DNA of 64,000 nt from Alphaproteobacteria bacterium. Lineage in GTDB: Bacteria; Pseudomonadota; Alphaproteobacteria; SMXQ01. Position numbers and translations under genes: made by a program. The number at the start of each line of letters is the position of its first letter. Position 1 is the stretch's first letter. Location of the stretch: positions 153,447-217,446 of the forward strand of contig JAYPPT010000001.1 of assembly GCA_038131655.1 (NCBI GenBank), written 5' to 3'. Shown piece by piece: positions 27,295-36,212 of the stretch. The notes below the pieces were generated by a model. That model was not told the origin of the DNA. It made no database searches and was given only the letters and a program-made list of their open reading frames with translations.

Positions 27295-28526
27295 AGCGCG
27301 GCGTAATCGATTTTCCGGTTGAGGTCCAGCGCCGCTTCGGATTCCGGCATCGGGTACTTCAGACCGTTACCGCAATTGAACAGCACCACGCGCTCGTCTT
27401 TTGAAATGCGACCCGACGCCAGCTCCTGCTTGTAGGCGGCATAGGTCGCCGCCCCTTCGGGACACAGCAACAGGCCCTCGGTCTTGGCGACGTCTTCACG
27501 CGCCGCCTCGATCAGATCGTCGTCCACGGCCACGGCGAAACCGTTCGATTCACGCACCGCGCGCAGGATCAGGAAATCGCCGATCGCCACCGGCACGCGA
27601 ATGCCCGCCGCCACCGTATGCGCGCCCTGCCACAGGTCCGCGTGCTCGACGCCGTCCTCATAGGCCTTGACGATGGGCGCACAACCCGACGCCTGCACCG
27701 CCACCATGCGCGGGCGCTTCGACCCAATCCAGCCGAGCGCTTCCAGTTCCGCGAAGGCCTTCCACATGCCGATCAAGCCGGTGCCGCCGCCGGTCGGGTA
27801 CAGGATCACATCGGGCACGTCCCAGCCGAGCTGTTCGGCCAGTTCCAGACCCATGGTTTTCTTGCCCTCGATCCGGTAGGGCTCTTTCAGGGTGTTGGTT
27901 TCAAACCAGCCCGCCTGTTCGCGGCCATCAACGACGATCTTGCCGCAATCGTTGATCAGGCCGTTGACGCGGTAGACCCTGGACCCCTGCAACGCGATTT
28001 CACGCACGTTGATTTCCGGCGTATCGGCGGGACAGAACACGACGCTTTCAATGCCGGCCCGCGAACAATAGGCCGCCAGCGCCGCGCCCGCGTTGCCGTT
28101 GGTTGCCATCGCCATCTTGCGGACGCCCAGTTCCTTGGCCATGGACACAGCCATGACCAGGCCCCGCGCCTTGAACGAACCGGTGGGCAGGCGGCCTTCG
28201 TCCTTGACGATGATTTCGCCGCCACCCAGTTGCTTTTGCAGTTTCGGCAGGGCGATCAGCGGGGTCATGGTCTCGCCCAGGGAGACGATGTTCGACGCCT
28301 TGCGCACCGGCAACAATTCCCGGTAACGCCACAGGTCGGGCGCGCGCGCCGCCAGGTCGTCACGCGCCACCGCAGCCTTGATGCCCGCCAGGTCGTAACG
28401 CACCAGAAGCGGCTTGCCCGCCGCCGACAGGTTGGCAAGCTTGTCGGCGGCCAGCTTTTCACCGGTCATGCCGCATTCGAGATGGGTGACGAATGTCGGC
28501 CGTTCGGTGGTCAGGTTATCTTGCAT
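27291..28526 (-). CDS. threonine synthase-like PLP-dependent enzyme (fold type II)
   Basis: 411 aa, PLP-lysine region PTGSFKARG, Gly-rich YPTGGGTGLIGMWKAF loop. Confidence 0.8.
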   Translation of the reverse strand: MQDNLTTERPTFVTHLECGMTGEKLAADKLANLSAAGKPLLVRYDLAGIKAAVARDDLAARAPDLWRYRELLPVRKASNIVSLGETMTPLIALPKLQKQLGGGEIIVKDEGRLPTGSFKARGLVMAVSMAKELGVRKMAMATNGNAGAALAAYCSRAGIESVVFCPADTPEINVREIALQGSRVYRVNGLINDCGKIVVDGREQAGWFETNTLKEPYRIEGKKTMGLELAEQLGWDVPDVILYPTGGGTGLIGMWKAFAELEALGWIGSKRPRMVAVQASGCAPIVKAYEDGVEHADLWQGAHTVAAGIRVPVAIGDFLILRAVRESNGFAVAVDDDLIEAAREDVAKTEGLLLCPEGAATYAAYKQELASGRISKDERVVLFNCGNGLKYPMPESEAALDLNRKIDYAAL

Positions 28527-28537
28527 CCCGCACCCGG

Positions 28538-29227
28538 TTACTTGACGACCGGGGTCTTGATATCGCCAACGCCGTCGATATGGCCTTCCATCACGTCGCC
28601 CGCGACCACCGCCGCAACGCCTTCGGGCGTGCCGGTGTAGATCAGGTCGCCCGGATGCAGTTCAACCAACTGGGACAGGTGCGAAATCGTTTCCGCCACG
28701 TTCCAGATCAGGAAGGAAATATCGCTCGACTGCTTGGTTTCGCCGTTGACCTTGATCCAGATGGCGCCCTTGTCGGGGTGGCCGATTTTCGATGCGGGCT
28801 CAATCGCCGAACAGGGGGCGGAGAAATCATAGGACTTGCCCATTTCCCACGGGCGGCCCGAATCCTTGGCGGCGTTCTGCAGGTCGCGCCGCGTCATGTC
28901 GAGGCCGACGGCATAACCGAACACATGATCGAGCGCATTTTCGGTGGCAATCGCCGTGCCCGCCTTGCCGATAGCGACCACCAGCTCGATCTCGTGATGC
29001 AAGTTCTTGGTGCCCGGCGGATAGGGAATCGGATCGCCGTTCTGGACGATGGCATCGGTCGGCTTGGCGAAGAAGAACGGCGGCTCGCGATCGGGATCGG
29101 AGCCCATTTCGCGCGCGTGGGCGGCGTAGTTGCGCCCGACACACCAGATGCGACGGACGGGAAAGCTGTCTTCAGACCCGGCAACCGGAAGCGTGACCAC
29201 CGGCGCGGCAGGAACGGCATAGCTCAT
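28538..29227 (-). CDS. fumarylacetoacetate hydrolase (FAH) family protein
   Basis: 229 aa, FAH-fold metal-binding pattern (HHEIELVV..., GDLIYTGTPEGV). Confidence 0.8.
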   Translation of the reverse strand: MSYAVPAAPVVTLPVAGSEDSFPVRRIWCVGRNYAAHAREMGSDPDREPPFFFAKPTDAIVQNGDPIPYPPGTKNLHHEIELVVAIGKAGTAIATENALDHVFGYAVGLDMTRRDLQNAAKDSGRPWEMGKSYDFSAPCSAIEPASKIGHPDKGAIWIKVNGETKQSSDISFLIWNVAETISHLSQLVELHPGDLIYTGTPEGVAAVVAGDVMEGHIDGVGDIKTPVVK

Positions 29228-29330
29228 GGGACTTCCTCTTATATGGACGGACAGGCGGGAAATATGCCGCCCCCAAGACCCGGGGGCCACCTGATATACG
29301 AAGATTGCCGAACGAGGGCAAGCCGGGCCC

Positions 29331-30239
29331 TCACCCCGAAAGGGTCAGGGCTGCCACCACGGCGTTATTGACCGGGGTCGCCACCCCCACCTCGGCGCCC
29401 ATGCGCACCACCGCACCAGACAGCCACGGCAGTTCCAGCGGCTTGCCCGCTGCATGGTCATGGGCCATGGACGCCCGCATGGCCTCGGGCAGGGTATCGG
29501 CGAAGGCCAGCCGGTCGCGGGCAAAATCCGCCGCCAGCCCGACGCCCCGGGCGCGGGCCACCGATGTCGCCTCGGCCATCACATCATGGAAAAAGGCGCG
29601 GCCCCGGGGATCGGCCCGGATCACCCCGACGGGCTGGCCCGTGAGCGTGGTGGTGGCCGACAAGCCGACCAGGAAGACGAATTTCTGCCAGATCGCCAGG
29701 GTAATGTCGGCGGGCATTTCCGCGTCTATTCCCGCTGCGGCCAGGATCTCGACAATCGCGGCCACCGGCGCGTCGGGATGACCCGGCAGGGTGCCGAGCT
29801 GGATGCGCTGGTTGGGCCCCAGGTGGCGAATGACCCCCGGTGCCTCGATGGCGGCGGCGATGTAGGCGACACCCCCGGCGACATGGCCGGGTCCGAAGGC
29901 CGCGATCAACCGATCCTCCGCCTCGACACCGTTTTGCAGGGAGATCACCGTGGTGCCGGGGCCGACGATGGGGCGGATGGCCTCTATCGCCGCGTCGGTA
30001 TCGCCCAGCTTGACCGCCAGGAAGATCACGTCGGCAGGCCCTGCCGCCGCCGGATCGGCGACCACGCGCACATCCGGGAGGCACAGGTCCCCACACGGGC
30101 TTTTTAATGATAACCCATTGTTTTTAATAGTTTCCATATGGGCGCCGCGGGCCACGAAGGTGATCTCGTTCCCGGCAGCCGCCAGCCGGCCCCCGAAATA
30201 GCCGCCGACGCCGCCCGCTCCCACCATGATGAACCGCAT
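29331..30239 (-). CDS. ketopantoate reductase family protein (PanE/ApbA-like 2-dehydropantoate 2-reductase)
   Basis: MRFIMVGAGGVGGYFG Rossmann N-terminus, KPR C-terminal domain. Confidence 0.8.
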   Translation of the reverse strand: MRFIMVGAGGVGGYFGGRLAAAGNEITFVARGAHMETIKNNGLSLKSPCGDLCLPDVRVVADPAAAGPADVIFLAVKLGDTDAAIEAIRPIVGPGTTVISLQNGVEAEDRLIAAFGPGHVAGGVAYIAAAIEAPGVIRHLGPNQRIQLGTLPGHPDAPVAAIVEILAAAGIDAEMPADITLAIWQKFVFLVGLSATTTLTGQPVGVIRADPRGRAFFHDVMAEATSVARARGVGLAADFARDRLAFADTLPEAMRASMAHDHAAGKPLELPWLSGAVVRMGAEVGVATPVNNAVVAALTLSG

Positions 30240-30333
30240 ATGCAAATCGCCCCGTCCAGGTATCCCTGTATGAAGGTATGACGAACCTTGACCCACGGCG
30301 AAGGTCCGAGTCATCATCCTTCGGTGACAAACT

Positions 30334-30351
30334 GAAATTCATACGAATTTC
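30334..30351. promoter_or_regulatory. perfect palindrome GAAATTC-atac-GAATTTC in AT-rich divergent promoter region
   Basis: Read directly; lies between KPR-like operon (-) and tctCBA (+). Confidence 0.3.
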
Positions 30352-30539
30352 GGCCAATTATAAGAAATACGAAAAACAACAGGGGGCCTCTCACGTCATT
30401 TCGATAATTGAAAATCGCCCGTTCGCCGCGCCATTGGTTTCGCGGCCGGCCGGGTGGCTTCCGGAATGGCAAGGCTCTGCAAACCGCTACCTCTGCCGAA
30501 CCATGCCCAGTCGCATGCGTCCAAACCCGGGAGACTGTT

Positions 30540-31607
30540 ATGAATGACGATTACCTTTACGAATTGAACCGCCGCCGCTTTCTGATGGGCAGCGTGGCCA
30601 CCCTGGCCGCCGGCATCATGGGCTCCGGCTGGATCGCAGACGCGGCCGCCGCGGGCTTCCCCGCGAAGAATGTCCGCGTTTACATCCCCACCCGCCAGGG
30701 TGGCGGCGCCGACCGCAACCTGCGTCTGGTGACCAACCTCTGGAAAGACATCCTGAAGGTCAATTTCGAGCCCGCCTTCTATCCCGGCGCCGCCGGTCGC
30801 GTGGCCTACGAAAAGTACATGGCCGAAGCCTCCGCCGACGGTCACGACCTGATCTTCGGCAACATGGGCCCGGAAATGCTGAACTGGGTCGTGAAGAAAC
30901 CGAGCTTCCCTCTCGACGCTTATCGCTACTTCTTCCGCGTGGACGAAGACCCCAGCGTCATCTTCGTCGGCAAGCGGTCCAAGCTGCAAACCATCGACGA
31001 CATCATCGCCGAAGGCAAGAAGCGCACCGTCAACTTCGCCACCTCGCGCATCGCGCACCCGGCAACCATCGGCGTGCTGGCTCTCGGCAAGGCGACCGGC
31101 GCGAAGTTCAACCCGGTACCGATGTCGGGCGGACGCAACACCCGCAACGGTGTCGCCACGGGCGAACTGGACTTCGGCACCCTGCCCGCCGGCGGCATGG
31201 TCGTCCAGCGCAAGAACTTCAAGATGCTGCTTCTGTTCGCGGACAAGAATGTCCTCGGCGAGAAGATCAACAACGCGCCCACTGTCAATGCCAAGTACGG
31301 CACCAAGCTGCCGCCGCTGGTTTCGGCCCGCGCGTTCGGCATCAAGACCGAAGTGATCGAGAAATATCCCGATCGCATGAAGGTGCTTGAAGACACCCTG
31401 CGCAAGGTCGTGGCCATGGATGCCTACAAGAAGTCGGTCATCAAGGCCAAGGCGCCGTGGGAACTGATCAGCCCGGGCGGGCAGAAGGAATGCGCGCAAT
31501 ACGCACGCGAAATTACCGCCATCGGCGAGGAATACGCCGAGCTTCTGAAGGGTGCCTCCGCGAAGGAACGCGCCAAGAAGAAGAAAAAGAAGAAGAAAAA
31601 GAGCTAG
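30540..31607 (+). CDS. tctC: tripartite tricarboxylate transporter substrate-binding protein TctC, Tat signal, C-terminal poly-lysine tail
   Basis: NRRRFLMGSVATLAAG Tat motif; Bug/TctC core; ends ...ERAKKKKKKKKKS; followed by tctB and tctA. Confidence 0.85.
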   Translation: MNDDYLYELNRRRFLMGSVATLAAGIMGSGWIADAAAAGFPAKNVRVYIPTRQGGGADRNLRLVTNLWKDILKVNFEPAFYPGAAGRVAYEKYMAEASADGHDLIFGNMGPEMLNWVVKKPSFPLDAYRYFFRVDEDPSVIFVGKRSKLQTIDDIIAEGKKRTVNFATSRIAHPATIGVLALGKATGAKFNPVPMSGGRNTRNGVATGELDFGTLPAGGMVVQRKNFKMLLLFADKNVLGEKINNAPTVNAKYGTKLPPLVSARAFGIKTEVIEKYPDRMKVLEDTLRKVVAMDAYKKSVIKAKAPWELISPGGQKECAQYAREITAIGEEYAELLKGASAKERAKKKKKKKKKS

Positions 31608-31748
31608 GCAAATCCACCCCGGTCCTGGCCGGGCACCGGCATAAAAGGGCGGCGGACGTCAGTGTCCGCCGCCCGGTGCCGTTCAGCCGCCAGATAATTT
31701 TCCCGAAAAATTTTTCCTGTCCCCCTATTCCTGCCAGCGAGTCCTCTC

Positions 31749-32285
31749 ATGACCGAAGAATTGAGCGGCGGTATCGATACCGCTGAATTGCTTGAGAAAA
31801 AACCCAATGGATCGGCGCTTGCCGAACTGATTATCCCGGTCTCGGGTAGCCTGTTCGCCATTTATTACTTCTCGACGATATGGGAATCGCCCTGGACCGC
31901 GCAGGTCAGCGCCTTTTTCGTCGGATCCGTCCTGATGCTGTGCAGCGCCATCACGGTACTGCGCGTCATCGGCAAGGTTCGACGCGGCGAAGCGGCATGG
32001 AACTTCACCACCCTGATCGAGCCGCGCAATTACATCGTCAAGCGCCTGATCCTTCTCGGGCTGGTGCTGACCTACATCGTCATCATTCCCTGGAGCGGGT
32101 TCACCCTGACGACCTTCGTCTTTCTGATCTGCGCCATGGCGCTGCTGAATGAAGGCAAGCGCCTGGGGCTTATCGTCGCGCTTGCGGCCATCATGGCCAT
32201 TGGCGGCTGGCTTCTGTTCGTGCTCGCCTTTGAAGTGCGCTTTCCCGCCGGCCCGTTTGAAATGATGATGCGGGGGATCATGTAA
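31749..32285 (+). CDS. tctB: tripartite tricarboxylate transporter small permease TctB
   Basis: 178 aa, 4 TM; position between tctC and tctA. Confidence 0.7.
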   Translation: MTEELSGGIDTAELLEKKPNGSALAELIIPVSGSLFAIYYFSTIWESPWTAQVSAFFVGSVLMLCSAITVLRVIGKVRRGEAAWNFTTLIEPRNYIVKRLILLGLVLTYIVIIPWSGFTLTTFVFLICAMALLNEGKRLGLIVALAAIMAIGGWLLFVLAFEVRFPAGPFEMMMRGIM

Positions 32286-33799
32286 TGGAATTCGATTTCA
32301 CGCTTTTCATCGAACTGTTTGCCGAAACCTTCGCCTATTGGTGGATCATCATTCCGGCGATTTTTCTCGGCCTGATCGTCGGCGGCATTCCCGGCTTCTC
32401 CGCCGCCAACACCATCATCATGCTGCTGCCGCTTACTTTCGTACTGCCGGTGGAGGTGGGCTTCGTATTCATGATCGCGCTTTATGCCTCGTCGCGCATG
32501 GGCGCGGGCATTCCCGCCATCCTGGTCAATATTCCCGGCACCGCGGGCGCGGCGGCGACGCCGCTCGACGGCTACCCCATGACCCGGCAGGGCCGGGGCC
32601 AGCAGGCGCTGGCGATCTCGTTCACCTCGTCGGTGTTCGGCGGGCTGCTGACGACGGTTCTGGCACTTCTGGCCATGCCGTGGCTGGCTGAAATCGCCTT
32701 CTACCTGCACTCGGTGGAAATGATCGTGGTCATGCTGTTCGGCATTTCCCTGATTGCAACCATCGCCGCGCGCGACACGCTGAAGGGCCTGGTCGCCGGA
32801 TTTTTCGGCCTCATGCTCGGCGCCATCGGCGCGGACTTCGTTTACGAAACACCGCGCGGCACCATGGGCTTTCTGGAACTGTACGACGGCGTGCCGCTGA
32901 TCCCGGCACTGGTCGGCCTGTTCGCTATATCCGAAGCCTTCATCATCATCGATCGCGATTCCATCCTAACCGAACGCGGCCAGGAAGCCATGCAGGTAAC
33001 CGGCTGGGGCCCCACCATTGAGGGCATTCGCGAAACCGGCAAACGCTGGTGGCACGTTGTCTGGACATCCATCATCGGGCTGATCATCGGAGTCATTCCC
33101 GGCGCCGGGGCGGCGATCGCATCCTTCGTTGCCTACCAGCAGTCGCGCACCTATTCCAAGACGCCGGAGCTATACGGCACCGGCCATATCGAGGGCCTGG
33201 TCGCGCCCGAGTCCGCGAACAACGGCGTGACCTCGGGCACCCTGGTGCCGCTGCTGATTCTCGGTATCCCCGGCGGCGCCACGGCGGCGATCATGCTGGT
33301 GGTGCTGCAGTATCACAACGTCACCATGGGGACGGAACTGTTCCTGAACCAGCCCAAGCTGGCCTACCTGCCGTTCACGGCCATGGCGGTGACCTACTTC
33401 CTGATGATCTTCACCATCCCGCCGCTGGCACGCTACATGTCGCGGGTAACGGTGGTGCGCACGGTTTACATGGCCCCCATCGTCATCGCGTTTACGCTGG
33501 TCGGTGCCTTCGTATCGCGGGACTACCTGTTCGATATGTTCCTGGCGCTGGCGTTCGGCGTGATCGGCTATATCGCGCGCAAGACCGGCTATCATGTCGC
33601 CGCCATCCTGATCGGCGTGATCCTGGGCCCGTTGCTGGAAGGCTATTTCATCCGCGCGATGAAAATGTCCCAGGGCGACATCATGATCCTGTTCTCATCG
33701 CCGCTGGCCAATATCCTGTGGGTGTGCCTGATCCTCAACATCGCCATTCCGTTCATCATCGAATCGCGGCGGGCGAAGAAAAAAGCCGCCGGGGGCTAA
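32285..33799 (+). CDS. tctA: tripartite tricarboxylate transporter large permease TctA
   Basis: 504 aa, polytopic, duplicated-halves pattern of TctA; ATG overlaps tctB stop by 1 nt. Confidence 0.9.
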   Translation: MEFDFTLFIELFAETFAYWWIIIPAIFLGLIVGGIPGFSAANTIIMLLPLTFVLPVEVGFVFMIALYASSRMGAGIPAILVNIPGTAGAAATPLDGYPMTRQGRGQQALAISFTSSVFGGLLTTVLALLAMPWLAEIAFYLHSVEMIVVMLFGISLIATIAARDTLKGLVAGFFGLMLGAIGADFVYETPRGTMGFLELYDGVPLIPALVGLFAISEAFIIIDRDSILTERGQEAMQVTGWGPTIEGIRETGKRWWHVVWTSIIGLIIGVIPGAGAAIASFVAYQQSRTYSKTPELYGTGHIEGLVAPESANNGVTSGTLVPLLILGIPGGATAAIMLVVLQYHNVTMGTELFLNQPKLAYLPFTAMAVTYFLMIFTIPPLARYMSRVTVVRTVYMAPIVIAFTLVGAFVSRDYLFDMFLALAFGVIGYIARKTGYHVAAILIGVILGPLLEGYFIRAMKMSQGDIMILFSSPLANILWVCLILNIAIPFIIESRRAKKKAAGG

Positions 33800-33833
33800 G
33801 GTGCGGACGCCGGCGACAGGGCCCGGGCGGGTG

Positions 33834-34532
33834 CTACTGCACGCCGATGGCCTTGAGGGCGGCGAGCCCTTCCGGACCGGTCAGGAAGGCAACGAACGCC
33901 TGGGCCAGGTCCGGGCGGGGCGCGGTCGTTGCCACCCCGACTTCGTATTCGGTGACGTTGCCGATGGCATCGGGCAAGGGCGCCGCCAGGCGGATGGCGA
34001 AGGCTTGTTCGTAGCCGCAAATGGCCGACGATTGGCCGAAGCCGATGGCAGTCCGGCCCGCATCAGTTCCGAGGAAACGCATCGCATCCTCGGCCGTCGG
34101 CAAACGGCGAACCCGCGCCTCAACCGCGTCGGCGATGCCGAGACCGCGAATCATCTCGTCGATGTACTGGCCCGACGACGCGGTATTGTAGACGATAGCG
34201 TCCGCCGCCAGCACCGCGGCACGCACCGCATCGGGCGTGGACAGGTCCGGCGCGGGGGCATCGCGGTGCAGCGCAATCGCCGCCTTGACGCCGCCGAGCG
34301 CGCGACGCGACGCGGCATCGAGCCTGCCCGCCGCCGACAGTTCACCGATCAGCTTCTTCGGGCCCGTCATCACGCCGATGGTGCCGGTGCCGTCCTTGGT
34401 CCGCGCCTTCAGTTCCGGCGCCGGGCCGAATTCCACGGCGACGCTGACGCCTTGCGCCGCTTCGAACGCCGGGACCAGCACGACCATCGCCGGCTTGACC
34501 GCGCCGGCACTGAGAATTTCGAGATCCGCCAT
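33834..34532 (-). CDS. ModA/WtpA-like periplasmic-binding-fold protein lacking an obvious signal peptide
   Basis: 232 aa, PBP type-2 fold pattern (ILSAGAVKPAM..., IVYNTASSGQY). Confidence 0.55.
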   Translation of the reverse strand: MADLEILSAGAVKPAMVVLVPAFEAAQGVSVAVEFGPAPELKARTKDGTGTIGVMTGPKKLIGELSAAGRLDAASRRALGGVKAAIALHRDAPAPDLSTPDAVRAAVLAADAIVYNTASSGQYIDEMIRGLGIADAVEARVRRLPTAEDAMRFLGTDAGRTAIGFGQSSAICGYEQAFAIRLAAPLPDAIGNVTEYEVGVATTAPRPDLAQAFVAFLTGPEGLAALKAIGVQ

Positions 34533-34632
34533 TTTAATGCTCTCCCTGTAAAAACCGGGCCAGCATAACGACGCCCCTCAGCGAAGTCGAACCCCGCTGT
34601 GCCCACCCCAACGACCCGGAAACGAAACTTCC

Positions 34633-35124
34633 ATGAGCGATGCCAAGGACAACGATATCCTGCCGCCCGAAGTCGATCCCGACAAGCACCTGCTGGGGGT
34701 CCGCGAAATCCGCGCTACCAATGCGGCCGAGGCCAAGACCGTTTCCCGCGTACGCGGCTTCGAGGTCATCACCGATGAAAAGACCGGCACCAACATCGGC
34801 CCGTCGCCGCTGGAAACCGTGCTGTCGGCACTGGTCGGCTGCGAGGGGGTCATCATCAACCGCTGCGCCAGGATGATGAACTTTCGCTATTCCGGGGTGG
34901 ATTTCGAATGCGACGGCTGGGTGGACGGCCGCGGCTCGCGCGGGGTGCCCGGGGTCCGCCCGCATTTCCAGCGCGTGGCGCTCAAGATCATCATCACCAC
35001 CAATGAGCCCGCCGAGCGCCTGGCCAAACTGCGCAAGAACGTAGAGCTGCGCTGCCCGGTGATGAACCTGCTCAAGGATGCCGACGTTCAACTGGACGTG
35101 GCGTGGGAAACGCGGCCCGCGTAA
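34633..35124 (+). CDS. OsmC/Ohr family protein
   Basis: 163 aa, conserved Cys pair (VGCEGV..., LRCPV). Confidence 0.75.
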   Translation: MSDAKDNDILPPEVDPDKHLLGVREIRATNAAEAKTVSRVRGFEVITDEKTGTNIGPSPLETVLSALVGCEGVIINRCARMMNFRYSGVDFECDGWVDGRGSRGVPGVRPHFQRVALKIIITTNEPAERLAKLRKNVELRCPVMNLLKDADVQLDVAWETRPA

Positions 35125-35136
35125 AATCAGCAGATC

Positions 35137-36159
35137 ATGGCCCTGACGCCCGTCAATATATTTGCCCTCGGCGGCACCATCGCGATGGCGGCGCCCGCGC
35201 CCGGACACAAGCTCGCCAAGGGTAAGGCGCGGCCGCCGCGCGGCACCGTCGCGCCGAAGCTGACGGCCCGCGCCCTGGTCGCCGCCGTGCCGGAACTGGC
35301 CCGCGCGGCGCGTATCAAGGCGGTGGATTTCAGCCGGGTTCCCGGCGCCCATCTTACCGACAGCGACCTGGTGGACCTCGCCCGCGCCATTCTTGCCGGG
35401 CGCCGTCCCGCCGTCGTTGTCCAGGGCACCGACACGATCGAGGAAACCGCCTTCGCCCTCGACATGCTGGTCGGCGCGCGGGTGCCGGTGGTCGTCACCG
35501 GCGCCATGCGTCACCCCGGCATAGCCGGCGCCGACGGCCCGGCCAACCTGCTGGCGGCGGTCACGGTGGCGGCAAGCCCGCGGGCCGAGGGCCTCGGCAC
35601 CCTAGTGGTGATGGGCGACCGCATCCATGCCGCATCGCTGGTGCGCAAGATGCACACCACCGCGCCCGATGCCTTTGCCTCGCCCGGCGCCGGGCCCATC
35701 GGCTTCGTTGCCGAGGGCGAGGCCCGCATCCTGCTCTACCCCGCCGCCAGCACTACCATCGCGCCATCGGCGCGGCCCAAGGATGCCCGGCCGGTGGTTA
35801 TTATTACCTCGCACATCAGCGACAGCGGCGCGGCACTGCTGGCGGCGGCCGAGCAAGACATCGGCGGCGCGGTCGTCGCCGCGCTCGGCGCCGGCCACCT
35901 GAGCCCGGCGGCCAGCACCGCCGCCGAACACCTGACGCGGCGCGTGCCCGTGGTATTATCGAGCCGCGTTGCCACCGGGCCGGTGCTGAGCCACACCTAC
36001 GGCTTCACCGGGTCGGAGACCGATCTCATTGCGCGCGGGCTGATCCGTGCGGGTTGGCTCGACCCCGCCAAGGCCCGGATCCTGCTTGCGCTGGCGCGGC
36101 GGGCCGGTTTCGATAGACGACGCATCCGCACCGCCTTCGCCGTTTACGGCGGCGGCTGA
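35137..36159 (+). CDS. L-asparaginase (type II-like)
   Basis: NIFALGGTIAM N-terminal motif with catalytic Thr, VVQGTDTIEETA. Confidence 0.85.
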   Translation: MALTPVNIFALGGTIAMAAPAPGHKLAKGKARPPRGTVAPKLTARALVAAVPELARAARIKAVDFSRVPGAHLTDSDLVDLARAILAGRRPAVVVQGTDTIEETAFALDMLVGARVPVVVTGAMRHPGIAGADGPANLLAAVTVAASPRAEGLGTLVVMGDRIHAASLVRKMHTTAPDAFASPGAGPIGFVAEGEARILLYPAASTTIAPSARPKDARPVVIITSHISDSGAALLAAAEQDIGGAVVAALGAGHLSPAASTAAEHLTRRVPVVLSSRVATGPVLSHTYGFTGSETDLIARGLIRAGWLDPAKARILLALARRAGFDRRRIRTAFAVYGGG

Positions 36160-36212
36160 ACTGCGCGGATGCAGGATAGAACAGCGGCCGCTTGAACCGC
36201 GGAAAGGGAAAT

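Noticed and set aside
34534-35514. 326-aa minus-strand ORF overlapping OsmC and asparaginase genes
   Set aside because: Gly/Arg-rich nonsense; the + strand genes have clear family motifs and RBSs.
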